Origin: Vicugna vicugna
Lineage: Eukaryota
Assembly: GCA_013265495.1 (NCBI GenBank)
Contig: MU057701.1
Location: 310,001 to 374,000 of the forward strand
Length of the DNA: 64,000 bases
Direction of reading: 5' to 3'
Made by a program: the position numbers and the translations under genes. The notes under the pieces were generated by a model, which was not told the DNA's origin, searched no databases, and worked only from the letters and a program-made list of their open reading frames with translations. Shown here piece after piece: positions 25,720 to 39,720 of this stretch (positions are counted from its first letter, which is position 1; every line of letters begins with the position of its first letter).

Positions 25720-28700
25720 ATCAGTATAAATGGTGGAGTAAGGAACTCCATAAAAGCAACGAAAAAACTGGCAAAAACTGGCACAATCAAATTTCTTGGA
25801 ATTCAGGAAACTAAAGCTTGCAGCAGCCAGGGATACACTTAATCAAGAAAACCCAGGAAATTTCAGTAAGAACAGCAAGATCGATGGTATTTTAATTTAC
25901 CCTAGTCCAATCCCCCTGCTTTCCAGCTCAGTGGTAGCCTTGAAAATCAAGACCCTGCATTTCCAGCACCAGTATCAGAGGGAGCAGAAGGGGCCTCATT
26001 CTCAAAGAATTGTAATTACTTGTTTTGATCTGTCTGGTACAACAGCAACAACATTTGCCTTATCTTGTCTACCTAAGAACTCAACCAGTGCTAAAGGGGC
26101 CATACTGAAACCATTCACAAGGCAAATGTGTTAGCTGCTGCTACCTGAAGCAATGGACAATAGTTTGACCAAACAATAGACCAACCAAAAGCTGTGAAGG
26201 AAAGGCTGGGTTATGAGATACTTTACAGAATAACGACTTTGAACAGCTCTGACCTATTTCTCCTGAAAATCCAGAAGATCACACACATACTGTGCACATG
26301 CTCAGGAAAGATCTGAAAAGTTCTCACCTCTGGCTGACCTGGAGGCTCTGGAGAAGCAGGAAGTTAAGGCTAAAGGAGAGATGTAAACTGCCTGGCTGAG
26401 TATGGAAGGTGTGCCAAAACACACACAGATGCCTCTGTAAAAACTGGGCAACGTTTTTGACTCTGGGCATTTAAGGAAATCTCTGGGCAGTGACTACTGA
26501 TCATTAAGCTAATGGAAGAAAAAACTAAGCGGCCATATATAATAGACTTCAACAATTAGCTCAAAATTTAAAAACCAATTTAAAATTAAATTTTAAAAAA
26601 TAGTTTAGGAAAGTCACTAAACAAACAAATGACAAAATCAAAAAGCAAAAGGATGAGAAAAGACATTTTATGCAAACTATAAACCAAGAGGGGGCTGGTG
26701 TGGCTATACAAATATCAGAAAGAGATACTTGAGGACAAAAACGTTGTGAGAGAGAAAGGACATCATATAATGATGAAAGGTCAATCCATCAAGAAGATAT
26801 AACAATTATAAACACATGCAAAACTAATAAACGAATCTCCAAATACCTGAAGCATAAACTGACAGAATTAAAAGGAGAAATAGACAATTCCACAATAATA
26901 GTTAGAGACTTCAACATCCTGCTTTCAATAATGGATATAAGTCCTAGACAGAAGATTCAAAAGAAAGAGAAAATTTGAACAATATAAACCAAATACACTT
27001 AACATATCTATAGAACACTCGACCCAACAAGAACAAAATGCACATTTTTCTCCAGTGCACCTGAAACATTCTCCAGGAGAGACCATATGTTAGACCATAA
27101 CACAAGTCTCAATAAATTTAAAAAGATTAAAATTATGTAAAGTATGTTCTTCAGCCACATGTAATGAAATTATAAGTCAATAACAGAAGGAAATTTGGAA
27201 AGCTCACTCTAGAAATACTTGCTTTCTCTAATTTTGCCAACTGTGTACACAGGGCAATTAGGCAAAAAAGAAAAAAAGAAAGGAAGAAAGGAAGAAAGAA
27301 AGAAAGAAAGAAAAGAAAAGACATCTAGATTGAAAGACAGAACAAAACTATATTTGCAGATGACATTATTTTCTATGTAAAAGATCCTAAGGTATCCACA
27401 AAAAAAACTATTAGCACTAATAAAGAGTTCTGCCAAGTTTGCAGATATACAATCAATTTTATTTCTAAACACTAGTAATGAACAATCCAAAAAATAAAAT
27501 TAAGGGAACAATTCCATTTGCAGTAGCACAAAAAAGAATTAAATACTTTGGAATAAATTTAACAAAAGAAATGTAAGACTTATACTTGAAAAATTGTAAA
27601 ATGCTGTTGAGAGAAATTTTAAAAGACCTAAATAAATGGAAACATGCCCCATGTTCAGGTACCAGAACACTTTATGTTGTTAAGGTGGCAATACTCCCCA
27701 AATTAATCTACAAATTTAAAGCAATCCCTTTTAAAATTTCAGCTGGCTGTTTTTGCAGAAACTGACAAATGGTAATTCAAGGGACCCAGAATAGCTAAAA
27801 CAATCTTGAAACAGAAGAACAAAGTACAAAGACTCATACTTCCAAATACATAACTTAGTATAAAGCTACAGTATACGTGACAGTGTGGTATGGCATGAGG
27901 ACATATAGATCAATGAACAGAACTGAGAGTCTAGAAATAAACCCATACCTCTATGGTCAAATTGATTTTTCACAAGGTTGCCAAGACCACAAGATGGAGA
28001 AAGAAGAGTCTTTTCAAAATATGATGCAAAGAAAACTGAATAACCACATGTAAAACAATGAATTTGACACCTACCTCAAAAATTGCACAAAATTTAACTC
28101 AAAATGGGTCAAAGAATTAAATATAAGACCTAAAAGTATAAAACTAGGAAAGGTAGATATAAATTTTTGTGACCTTGGATTAGGTAACAGTTTCTTAGAT
28201 AAGACACCAAAAACACAATAAACAAAGAAAAAAACAGATAAACTGGACTTTATCTAAATTAAAAACTACTGTGCATTAAAGATACTATCAAGAGGGTGAA
28301 AAGACAGTCCACAGAAGGGGAAAAAAATTGCAAATTATATACATAATAAAAATCTTGTATCCAGAATATACTTAAAAACTCTTACAGCTTCACAACAAAA
28401 AGACAACCATTTTTCAAAATGGACAAAGGATTTGAATAGACATTTCTCCAAAAAAGACATATAAATGGCCAACAAACATATTAAAAGATGCTCAATATCA
28501 CTAGTGATTAGGGAAATGCAAATCAAAACAATGAGATACTACTTCACACCCACTAGGATGGCTATAATTTAAGAAAAAGAAAAAGAAGAAACTGGAACCC
28601 TTATACATTGCTGATGGGAATATAAAATGGTGCAAGACACTGTGGAGAACAGTTTGGCAGCTCCTCAAAAACACAGTTACCATATGACCCAAGAAGTTCA

Positions 28701-29210
28701 GGTACGTATCTAAGAAAACTGAAAATATACTTTCACACAAAAACTTGTTCATGAATGCTTATAGCGGCACTATTCATAACAGTAAAAAACCCAGAAACAA
28801 CCCAAACGCCCATCAACTGATGAATAAAACTGTAGTATATCCATACAATGGAATATCATTCAGCCATAAAAAGAATGAAGTACTGATACATGCTACAAAG
28901 TGGATGAGCTTCAAAAGCATTACACTAAATGAAAGAACCAAGACACAGAAGACCATATATGTATAATTCCATTCATATTAAATGTCTCCACAGGGACAGA
29001 AAACAGATTGTTAGTTGCTAGAGACGAGATAGGGGGCATTGGGGAGTAACTGCTTTATGATTATGGCATTTCTCTTAGTGTGATTTAAAATGTTCTGGAA
29101 TTAGATAGTGGTGAATGCTGCACAATATTGTGTATATACTAAAATTCACTAAATTTTACTTTAAAATGGCTAAAATGGTGAATTTTTGTTATATGAATTT
29201 TATCAGAAAT
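25720..29210 (+). mobile_element. Internally deleted old L1 (5' region, endonuclease remnant, ORF2 C-terminus, 3'UTR)
   Basis: Endonuclease remnant (gagacttcaacatcc, GDFN-like). ORF2 C-terminal ggaaatgcaaatcaaaacaatgagatac. 3'UTR cagccataaaaagaatgaagtactgatacatgc. Many stops and frameshifts. Confidence 0.85.
27265..27320. repeat. (GAAA)n/(GGAA)n purine-rich simple repeat inside L1
   Basis: Direct read. Confidence 0.85.
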
Positions 29211-30120
29211 AAACAAATACACAGGCAGATAAATACATAAAACATTACTTAACTGAAAATTACTACTGTTTAGTTGTGAAGGTCATTCTATTATAATTTG
29301 AAATAATGTCAGATATGTGTCAAATCTTTAAAAGTATGGTTCTAAATTTCTGGATCCTCACAATACATGTGTACAGATACCAATTCATCCTAGGCTTACA
29401 ATTCATATTAGGAGGCTAAGATAGCAATTAAGCTGTTTTAATGACAGTTATCATACAGGATAAGTCAATCAACGAATACTGGAACAATTTGAACAAATTA
29501 CCTTCAAAATCCTACAAATAAGATACAAAACTTTCCCTATGAAACTTGACTTTTTAATCAGCATCTATAGCAGAAAATTGCAAAACATGAGTCATTTCTA
29601 AAGCCTTTAGAAATCACTAAGGAACTGCCACAATGAGGCTAATATCAAAAAATATTTTTTGTAACTCAAAATAAGAAATGTTTATTCTGTTTTAAAAAGA
29701 CATCCATGATGATAATGACCACACCCAGCTTTACACAGTCTTATCTTTAATCACTGCAAGTTTAACTGGAACAGCCTAGAAGTTTCTATAGTCCACGCCA
29801 AGTGATACTGTTTTTGAAGTTTTATAACTTGGTATTACTAAGATTTTTATATCAGTGAAGGTCCATAAAGAAGCTCTTTAGCAATACCAAAGTATTTTAA
29901 GATAAAAATTCAGTTTCCCTTAAAATGCTTAGTTTAGCAGAGTCGATTCTATGTTAAGCACTGCAAATTCTGAAATCTGGGAATCAGTGTCACTGTCATT
30001 GCCTCTAAGAAAGCACCAGGATGAATTACAGGAGAAAGAGCACAGCCCTTGGAGATGACCAATGGCTGAGAAGGCCAATATTTATGGAAAGCTCTAATTA
30101 ACAAATTTGTAATTAACAAA

Positions 30121-30582
30121 TATAATGGAATACTACTCAGCCATAAAAAGAATAAAATAATGCCATTTGCAGCAACACGGATGGACCTAGAGATCGTCAT
30201 TTTAAGTGAAGTAAGCCAGAAAGAGAAAGAAAAATACTACATGATATCACTTATATGTGGAATCTAAAAAATAATACAAATGAATCTACATACAAAACAG
30301 ACTCACAGACATAGAAACAAACTTACAGTTACCGAAAGGGAAAGGGAAGGGGCGGGGATAAACTAGGAGTACGGGAGTAACAGATACAAACTACTATATA
30401 TAAAATAGATAAGTAACAAGGATTTACTGTTTAACACAAGAAAGAAGATTCAATATCTTGCAATAACCTATAACGGAAAATAATGTGAAAATAACTGAAT
30501 CACTTTGCTGTATACCTGAAACCGATGCAACAGGGTAAATCAATGACATGTTACATAAATTAATTTTAAAAAATAAATAAAA
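30121..30582 (+). mobile_element. Lineage-specific L1 3' end
   Basis: aatggaatactactcagccataaaaagaat..atggacctagagat..taactgaatcactttgctgtatacctgaaac with an A-rich tail. Confidence 0.85.
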
Positions 30583-30734
30583 TGAAGCTGAAAAATAAAG
30601 TCCAAGGAAAGATTATCTTTACAAGACTATTAAATTCAATAAGGTCTGTCCACTATCGTTACCAAACCAATAAACATTGATATTTCCACAATCAACTAAT
30701 CCTGAAAGGAGAAAAGGAAGAGAAACACATTTAC

Positions 30735-31251
30735 CTCTTCTAAGCTAGGGAGCGAAGAAGATGACACTGTTCGAGATGACAACGGGTGAAAAGGCTCTTG
30801 ACCAACAGCATGTTGATGACTCTGTATTTGTACAAAAGGGTTCTGCGGAGGCCTGTGAGGCAATGGAGGTAGGCCATAGGGAAAACCAGGCCCCATTAGG
30901 TGATTCTGTTGTAAATTAGCAAAAGTCCATGCTCCATCAGGTGCCAGGTATTTCAAGGGAGGAGGGGCAAGGTGTTCAGATGGCAACGAGAAAGGTGAGC
31001 TGAACATCTGGGGCGGCAGGCGCTGTGGAAATGCTGGGTTGTTGGCTACTTCAACGTCTCTGCTGCTGTCATTGAAGTTAGAAAAGTGGGTACTGTGGTC
31101 TGTATTAGACGGGGAAGATGGGACTGCTGGTGGGCTCCTAGTCTGAATTTGTCTATATTGCAAAAGTCTCGATTGAGGCGGTGGCATTTCAGCTAGTTCC
31201 CGTGTTTCACTTTGATCACGATTGGACAGTTCTCTGATTAAGTCTTGAAAC
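30735..31251 (-). CDS. HELZ: HELZ coding exon (FQDLIRELS...SLPSLEE), contains LKYLAP
   Basis: Acceptor cttatgtag|G, donor GAG|gtaaat. 517 nt, phase 2 to 0. Confidence 0.95.
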
Positions 31252-32053
31252 CTACATAAGGATGATGAAATAGGAAAGGAGAAAACAAAAGAAAGCTCCA
31301 TCACATTAAGGAGAGCTTAGTCAACAATGTGTAATTTTTTACAAACAAAAAGCATGATACTTAATTAGAACTAGTATTAATTCATCTCAAGAGGCAGCAT
31401 TCACACTCAATAGATGCTGAATTGAAGACACTAAATATGCCCAACTATTTGATTTCTTTCTTTTTCTTGATATTAAAAACAACTGTCCTTGTCTTTACAT
31501 GTGTTTCGTAACTGGTCACCATAATGGCAGACCTTCATCAGAAGGGACTGGGAAACACTTCATTGTGTTCACATTGCACACCAAAAAAACAAGTTTAGAA
31601 TGAGGACTGAACACTCATAAACATTAGTGCTTAAAAGAAGGTAGAATTTTGTGCTGCTAGAAAAAAATTGGTAAATGTATAATTTTTAGCTTTTAACCAC
31701 TAATTTAATTTCACCCTCATTCATTCTTTGTATTACTACCGAATGTGGAAAAAAAAACATCCACAGTGATGGCACATTCCTCTTTCAGAAGAGACTGCAA
31801 AGCAAGGAGCTGCATTAATTTACAATCCACAGCAGATCACCCAGATCGCCTAGGTTCACACAAAAGTTACTGCTCAGTGGATATTCTCTATTTTGGAGTC
31901 AATCAACAGAACTGTACATGTGCCTAGAAGGCTGGCATCCAATTTCCTTAGGATAATAGTTCAATTTCAGGCAAAAAAAGACAACACTCAAGAAAGAAAA
32001 CAGTAAAGGGGTCATGTTTCATTCAGAGACTATTTTTGGTCTGCTGAAAATAC

Positions 32054-32297
32054 CTTGAGTCTGTTGTTTCTGCTTCATCTTCAGCACTGCTGGGGAGCTT
32101 CCAGTCTGCTCTCACTGGTGGCGGATGTAATCCAACGGGCGGCTGGGGAAGATGCTGGAGGTGAGGGTGAGGGTGGTGATGGTGTGGGTAAGGAATGCTG
32201 CCCTGACTGAGATAGGCATGATGATGCTCATTCCACTGCTGTAACCGCACTTGCTGCTGCCTTAACGTTTCCAGAGCTACACTTCCATGCATACGAT
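32054..32297 (-). CDS. HELZ: HELZ coding exon ([10 protein letters not shown]...AETTDS), His/Pro-rich
   Basis: Acceptor tttttgcag|AT, donor AAG|gtattt. 244 nt, phase 1 to 2. Confidence 0.95.
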
Positions 32298-32696
32298 CTG
32301 CAAAAACATACGAGAGGAGTTTAAGTTTTCAGCATTTGGGGGTGTCCGGTTAATTTTTGCAAGAATTTTTACAAGCAGATTTTGCCCACAAAGAAATGGC
32401 TACAACTTGAGTTTTGGAGACAGCAATGTTTTCTAAACTTGCCAGTAACTAAAGTTAGAGTAATGATGAGGATCCTTCCTTACCTACGTTACAGTGTAAC
32501 CTGGCATCAACCGGACGCTTTATATTATACAGCATTAGGAACCAGATTCTGATTGTTACACTAAGTGACTGGTTTTTTTGCTGACACTATTTAAGGAAAT
32601 CAATCAATCCTGACTCAAATTAATATTGTATACAACATGTTATTTAAGTAAATGATCTCTGAATCTGTCACATCCAGCAGTGACAGGAGAACTTAC

Positions 32697-33267
32697 CTAG
32701 AGCCTCCCCTATAGGCAGTCCCGGGGGGTTCTCATCAGTGAAGTTATTCAGATGTGAAGGAAGAATGGGGCCGGGCTGCGCGACGGCTCGCAGAGGACTG
32801 TGGCCCTCCTGCAGCAGGGGAGGGGGCTGCTGCTCAGGAATGACAGCCTCTGCAGGAGGGGACTGTGGTCGATGAGAAACTGCATTATTGAAAAAAGCGC
32901 TGCTGGGGCCTGCCTGGTAGGCAGGAGAAAGCTGAGGAGGCGGCTGCGGAGTCAGCTGATTCAGCGGATTCTGCTGCTGGACTACCTGATTTGGCTGGGG
33001 TGGCATTTGATTTGGCTGTTCAGGCAAATTATTCTGCTGCTGATTTAACAAGGCGTGCTGCTGTGGAATTGGAAAGGGTGGTCTTGGCAGCTGAGGAAGG
33101 GGATGAAAATGACGATTAGGAATTGCATACTGTGCATGGGGGGCAGGAAGAGGAAGATTTATGTGTCTTGGGTTGAGATTATCTTTGCGATGAAATTTGG
33201 TATTGGGATAAACAACACCAGGGCGTGATTCAGGACTTCTGTTCTGTGGATTCGATTCCAAATCAAT
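32697..33267 (-). CDS. HELZ: HELZ coding exon (IDLESNPQ...PIGEAL), Pro/Gln-rich
   Basis: Acceptor tttttctag|ATT, donor TAG|gtaagt. 571 nt, phase 0 to 1. Confidence 0.95.
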
Positions 33268-33769
33268 CTAGAAAAAAAGAAGAAGTCTTTTAACTGTGGA
33301 AGATCTAAGTCCTGTGGCTCGCCACCTTCTCCCACCCTGGGCCCATCTAAAGGATATGATCCGTTCTTATCAGTTTAATAGCAGGAGTGCTGGGTGCCAA
33401 ATCAATCATTTTCTGATAATCAAATAAGGGAACATTTTTCACCTTAGGAAAGACGAAACAGAAAAAAACAGCATATTAAATCTGAGTCATAAGAAGAGAT
33501 ACTGCTATTTCATTAGCATATCCACTTTAATTCCTTTAAAAACATTATTTTTAATTTCACACTTTCTTCCTTGGAAAGAGAACCATTTACTTCCATCTGA
33601 TATAAATCATTAAAATGTGTTATTTCCTTCTGATTTTATTGTTTTTATACATCTTTCTTCAAACATATCTATATTAATAAAAAAAACCTTTTTTGTCTCA
33701 ATTTAAACAACTTTGAAGTGAACAAAAAAAAAGTATTATATCACTTTGTATAACCAGTTTGGTTGTCAA

Positions 33770-34600
33770 TTTTTTGTCATTATTCCTTCAGCAAACACTT
33801 ACGGAGGGTCTACCAAGGACATTGTGCCTGGTGCTGGAGATTAAAAAAGCAATAAGAAGACTCAGATTGTACCCTCAAGAGCACAGAGCAGGGATTGGCA
33901 AACTACGGCCCCCAGGTCATTTCCAGCCCATCAGATTTTTGTAAATAAAGTTTTATTGGAACACAGCCACATTCATTGTTTACATACTGTCTATAGCTGC
34001 TTTCTTACTACAATGACAGAATCGAGTAGTTGCAACAAAAACTGTATGGCCCACAAAGCCTGAAAATTTACTCTCTGGCCTTCTGCAGAAAAAGTTTGCT
34101 AAGCTCTGGCTTAGAGTCCAGTTGAGGATACCAATATGTAAACATAAAATCAGAGGTGCTGGAAAAGGATGAGATGTGAGATCCTGATGCCTGAGAAAAT
34201 TATAGGCGACTTCACAGAGATGATAGCATTTGAGTTAAATCTTGCACAAAAAGCTGGAATTTTCCAATGAAAGAAGGACATTCTAGGTAAAGATAATAGC
34301 TTATATATTGAGAGAGGAGAAAAAGCATGGCAGATTTAAGGAGATGAGAAATTTTGTGTACAAAGAGCTACAACTTGACTTGTTTATAGGCTAATTTCTA
34401 CTTCTTGACATCAGCTGAAACTGTAAAAGTCCAATTATACAAGAGCTTGAATGATTCAATACTGAGTATAAACATTTTTTTAATCCTGTAAACTGTGGCA
34501 AAGGTTTGTAAGCTATGGAGTGCTGTCAAATTTCTGAAACACAAGTTTGATCTTAAGTGGTGACAATGTGGGAAATGAAGTATAAGGTGGAAAGAGGCAA
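33770..34600 (-). mobile_element. L2 fragment interrupted by MER58A
   Basis: cattattccttcagcaaacacttacggagg..gtgcctggtgctggagat; gacttcacagagatgatagcatttgagttaaatcttg. Confidence 0.6.
33889..34108. mobile_element. MER58A-like hAT-Charlie transposon
   Basis: cagggattggcaaactacggccc..gtaaataaagttttattggaacacagccac..aaaaagtttgctaagctctg. TSD gcacagag/gcttagag. Confidence 0.9.
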
Positions 34601-35799
34601 TTTTTCTTTTCCATCTTTGTCAAAATGCTCACTGAGCTGCTTTAGTATATCAATCTCCTTACAAGTTTCAATGTTGAGTCACTAAGGATTGCTGGGTACT
34701 TGCCTCACCAAAGGCTCTCAAGTTAGACATGGAACTGACCATTCCCAAGAAGACAGAACAAGTAGCTTGTTCCTGAATTGAAGCGGGGGTACACCTGGCA
34801 ACCAAGTTATTGTAACAAATGGCTGTGATGTGCCAATCATGCAAAGTGCATCCTCATCTCTAATCACTAGCTCAAAAGGACCAACATTAAATATGACCCA
34901 TATGGTCCTGAAGGTTATTGGGTGTATATAAATTGTCTGGAAAGTGAAATGAGAAGGATGACAACTCTGTCCCAGCCTTCCCAAGCAGCTGCAATGCCTG
35001 CTCCCCAAATTTCTCAGAACCTGATTAAGGTTCTTTATAAACAAACATTTTCCCCATAAGTCTTTATCCTTTAATTACCAGAGCTACATTCAGCTGGGAT
35101 ATACCTTTTCCCAAAAGACACTGTTGATAGGCAAACTCTGATCGCATGAGGGAGACCATGATTAGATGTCAAGGTTGTGGATAAGCTGATGTTTTAATTG
35201 ACCTCTTTACTTCTGACTTTGACATGGACAAAGTCATGACCATGGAGGCAGACCAGTGTCGCAGGAATTTAGATCAAGACTGCACTACTCGACCACGTTA
35301 CAACGGGCTAAGCAGGACAGTGGACTGCAAGGTCCGAAGGAGTCTGACTCTAATATTATTAGAATTAGATCATCCTCTATCACTTTTCTCTTAATACAGG
35401 AAAGTTAGGATATTTTCCCCCTAGGCCAAAGCAGGACAAAGCATCAGGGTAGGAAAGAAAATGAAACACATCTATCAGGTTGCCTACTCCCCTAACAGGG
35501 AAAGACCAGAACAGAAATTTTAAAACAAGGACAGGAGAGACACTTTGCTATTGTGGCTTCAGTTGCTCTGATAGCACCTAAGACTCTTGTGGTTGGTTTT
35601 GTCCTAAGCTGCTTCAGACTACAACCGCTGTGGCTGCAATGTCCCAACAGGCCATCTGTTCTCTCTCTGCACCCTTTCCAAACACACAGGATGTCTACTT
35701 TCACTGCTGCTCCTCTCTGACTCTATCGGCAAGTTCTCCTTGCTGCCTAATCTGCACTACAAATCCTCCAGTGGGTACTGAGTCTTTCCAGTTCTACAA

Positions 35800-36380
35800 A
35801 CTGTGAGTCAGAGCTACTGATGAGACATAAGTAACTGAATATAGAGAACAGTTGCTTAAAGCAAGGCTGAGGTTTAAGATACAGATTTGGAAGTCACTAC
35901 CATGGAGTGGGTATTGAAAATCATGGAACTGGGCTAGTTTAGGGGTAAGAAATCTTAGAATATAAAGAGAGGTATGAAACACTGACAGAACCTCTTTCTC
36001 TGAGACTGGTGATTAAGAAGTAAGGATGTTCAAGGAGACAGAAAGTATTGAGTCTAAGGTTTTGAGTTGACAGGGTAAAATCCTAAGGCAAGGTCATCTC
36101 CTGATCATAAAGAGTAACAGAAGGTGGAAGGTAAGCAGGAATCAGATGATCTGCTGAGAAAACTGGGCAAAGGGACCTAAATCCATGTAAAAGAAACTGG
36201 AGGAGCCCCACGGGTTCCCTGAGATTGGAAAACATGAATTTTGAGCAGCACTAATTCAACCAATGATTTGACTTTCCCTAACTGGGTCACAAGCACAGAA
36301 GCAGAGAAAGCAGATGAACAAGTGGACTAAGGGTTAAGGACTTCTGCAGTGGGTGTGACGAGAGAACAAGGTGCGGGATG
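35800..36380 (-). mobile_element. Degraded L2 fragment
   Basis: aagatacagatttggaagtcac..tgaaaatcatggaactgg. Boundaries approximate. Confidence 0.45.
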
Positions 36381-36736
36381 TGCGGAGGTCACTTCTTCCT
36401 CCTTCGCTGTACCAGCGCTTCCCCTTCTGACATAATTTTTCATGAGACATCTATAGCTGTGTCTTCATTTACTACTTTATCAAGGAAAGCCTCTAAATTC
36501 AAGTCTATCATTGAATAACACAATTTAAGAAAAGTATTCTGATAAATAAAATAATGTGGCCAAAGAAAAGGTAGAGGGAGACAGTGCAACAGGACCCACC
36601 AGATCCTCATACAACGATAAACGTAAAAGATAGACATAAAAAGGTACATAATTTTCTTTAAAACATCAAGATTCCAAGATGATCAATCAAACTAAATCCA
36701 TTAAAACAATACATGCACTACATGTAAGCAGCATAC

Positions 36737-36816
36737 CTGTTTTGATTCCGCCGGCTTTTTCTCTGGTGTTCGAATCTTATTAATTTCAGGTCCAGGATTA
36801 TTTGTATCACTTTTAC
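36737..36816 (-). CDS. HELZ: HELZ coding exon ((G)[26 protein letters not shown]); not in the ORF track
   Basis: Acceptor ttttcttag|GT, donor CAG|gtatgc. 80 nt, phase 1 to 0, which bridges the neighbouring exons. Confidence 0.92.
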
Positions 36817-37549
36817 CTAAGAAAATAATTAAAAACTCTTATGAATTGTCCCAGAAGATGTTAAAAATTCCAATGACTATCCAATATTAGACAAAGTATA
36901 TTTTAAATATTTTTCACCCACTATTGATGTATTACTACAGCTTGGGTTTTGTTCTTAAATTTTCAGAGTTACAGCTCCTCTGAAAGAAAGAAAATTAATA
37001 AATGAAGCAAACCTCTCTGGCAAGGCAAAAGCTTAATCAGGAATAACCTTAAAACATCAAATAATTCCAAAGATAACTGCCCACTCTTCAAGAATTTATA
37101 GCCTCTTTTTCTTAAACTAGACATAGAAAATGCCTTGGCATTCTTGCCTATTTATAAAGGCACAATACTTTGGCCATTTACAAATGCAATTAAGCAAAAA
37201 TTTTTAAAAAGTGTCAGTACAACTTAGTAAAGGAATCTAAACTGAATAAAGATGTTCCAAAAAGAATACAGTTATACTTTTTAAAGTAATAAATATCAAG
37301 CTAAATATAAGGGGATAATAAATAGCAAAGGAAGCAATATTAAGTTTAAAAAAAATCACAATTACAATAGGAACATCATGCTAGTTCATACATGTGAAAG
37401 GCTTTTAATATATAAGAATTAACTACTAGATATTTTAAATTCCTTTAAAGACTCTTTGATTTAGGTTCTTCCTTGAAAACATACTTTAAAGAATGCCATG
37501 GGAACTCTGTATAGTGAATTTTCATGCCAGAATAGCCTTACTGCTAAAC

Positions 37550-38590
37550 TTCAAGAAATGAAAACTATAATGTCTGAGATGAAAAATATACTAGATGGAA
37601 TCAGCAGATGATCAGACACTGTAGAAGAAAAATTTAGTTAACCTGAAGGCACAGCAATAGAAACTATACAAAATGAAACACAAAAAGAAAAAAGTGTTTT
37701 TTTTTTTTAAATGAAAAGAGCATCCATGAATAGTAGGGAATCTTTAAGAAGCCTAATATATAGGTAGTTGGAATTCCTGAAAAAGAGAAAAAGGGATAAG
37801 GCAGAAACAATTTCTGAAGAAATAAAGATCAAAAATTTCCAAATTTGATGAAAACTCAAAACCCACAGATCCAAGAAGCTCAACCCCAAACACAAGAAAC
37901 ACAAGAAGTATGAAGAAAATTACACCAAGGAATATCATTTTATCATAATCAAGTTACTAAAACCAGTATAAAAAGAAATTTTTAGGAAAAAAAGACATGT
38001 TATATGCAGAGAAACAAAGATAAAGATGGCACCAGATTTCTCACTGGAAACAATGCAAGCAAGAAAATAGTACAATAACATCATTAAAGTACCAAAAGAT
38101 AAAAACTGTCAACCAATAAATAATTCTATACCCTGCAAAAGTATCTTTTGAAAATAATAGTGAAAAAAATTTTTTTTCAGACATACAAATGCTGAAAGAA
38201 TTCATCACCATCAGACCTGCACTACAGGAATGTTAGAAGTCCTTCAGGCAGAAGGAAAAATTATTCAAAAGGAAACATAAATTTATAGAAAGAAAGATTA
38301 TCATAAATGCTAACTACATGAAGAGATACAAAAGATTATTTTTCTTATTTATTATTTAAAATTCTTTAAAAAGATACTCAGCTGTTTAATGTTTGTGGCT
38401 TATAACATATAAAAGTAAAATGCATGACATAATACATAAAGCAGTAAACTGTGATAAGTTAAAGATGTGTACTACAAACCTTAAAGCAAGTACTAAAATG
38501 GAGTTACAGCTAATAAGCCAACAAAGGAGATAAAATGGAATCATAAAAAATATGCAACTAATCCAAAAGCAGGCAGAATACATGGAAAGG
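37550..38590 (+). mobile_element. Old L1 ORF1 and inter-ORF remnant
   Basis: acccacagatccaagaagctcaa; ccagatttctcactggaaacaatgcaagcaagaa; gaattcatcaccatcagacctgcactaca. Confidence 0.8.
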
Positions 38591-38594
38591 GGGA

Positions 38595-39440
<846 letters not shown>

Positions 39441-39484
39441 TCAACAAAATTTGCATGGGTGGGTCCATTTATATTATAAACTAG

Positions 39485-39720
39485 AGTAAAGACAAACTAT
39501 GAGGACAAAAGTCAGATTAGTGGTTGTCGAGGGCTGGAGGAAGAGACTGATTGCAAACCGGTATGAGGGAACTTTTGGAGGTAATGTAAACACACTGAAT
39601 CTTGATATTGGTGGTGGTTAACAACTGTGTATATTTGTCAAAACACATCAAACTGTATATTTTAAAGGGTGGATTTTACTGTAGATAAATTATACCTCAA
39701 TAAATCTGACTTTAAAAAAT
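39485..39720 (+). mobile_element. L1ME-like 3' terminus
   Basis: atgagggaacttttggaggtaatg..tatatttgtcaaaacacatc..taaattatacctcaataaa. Confidence 0.7.

Noticed and set aside
25796..28966. Several short ORFs
   Set aside because: All lie in a decayed L1; no intact ORF1 or ORF2.
32800..33048. 82-aa antisense ORF
   Set aside because: Shadow of the Gln/Pro-rich exon (CAG read as CTG Leu runs).
33300..33420. Intronic C/D-box scaRNA guiding U2 methylation
   Set aside because: Only a degenerate C box (ATGATTG) and no terminal CTGA before the acceptor. Kept only as a U2-complementarity finding.
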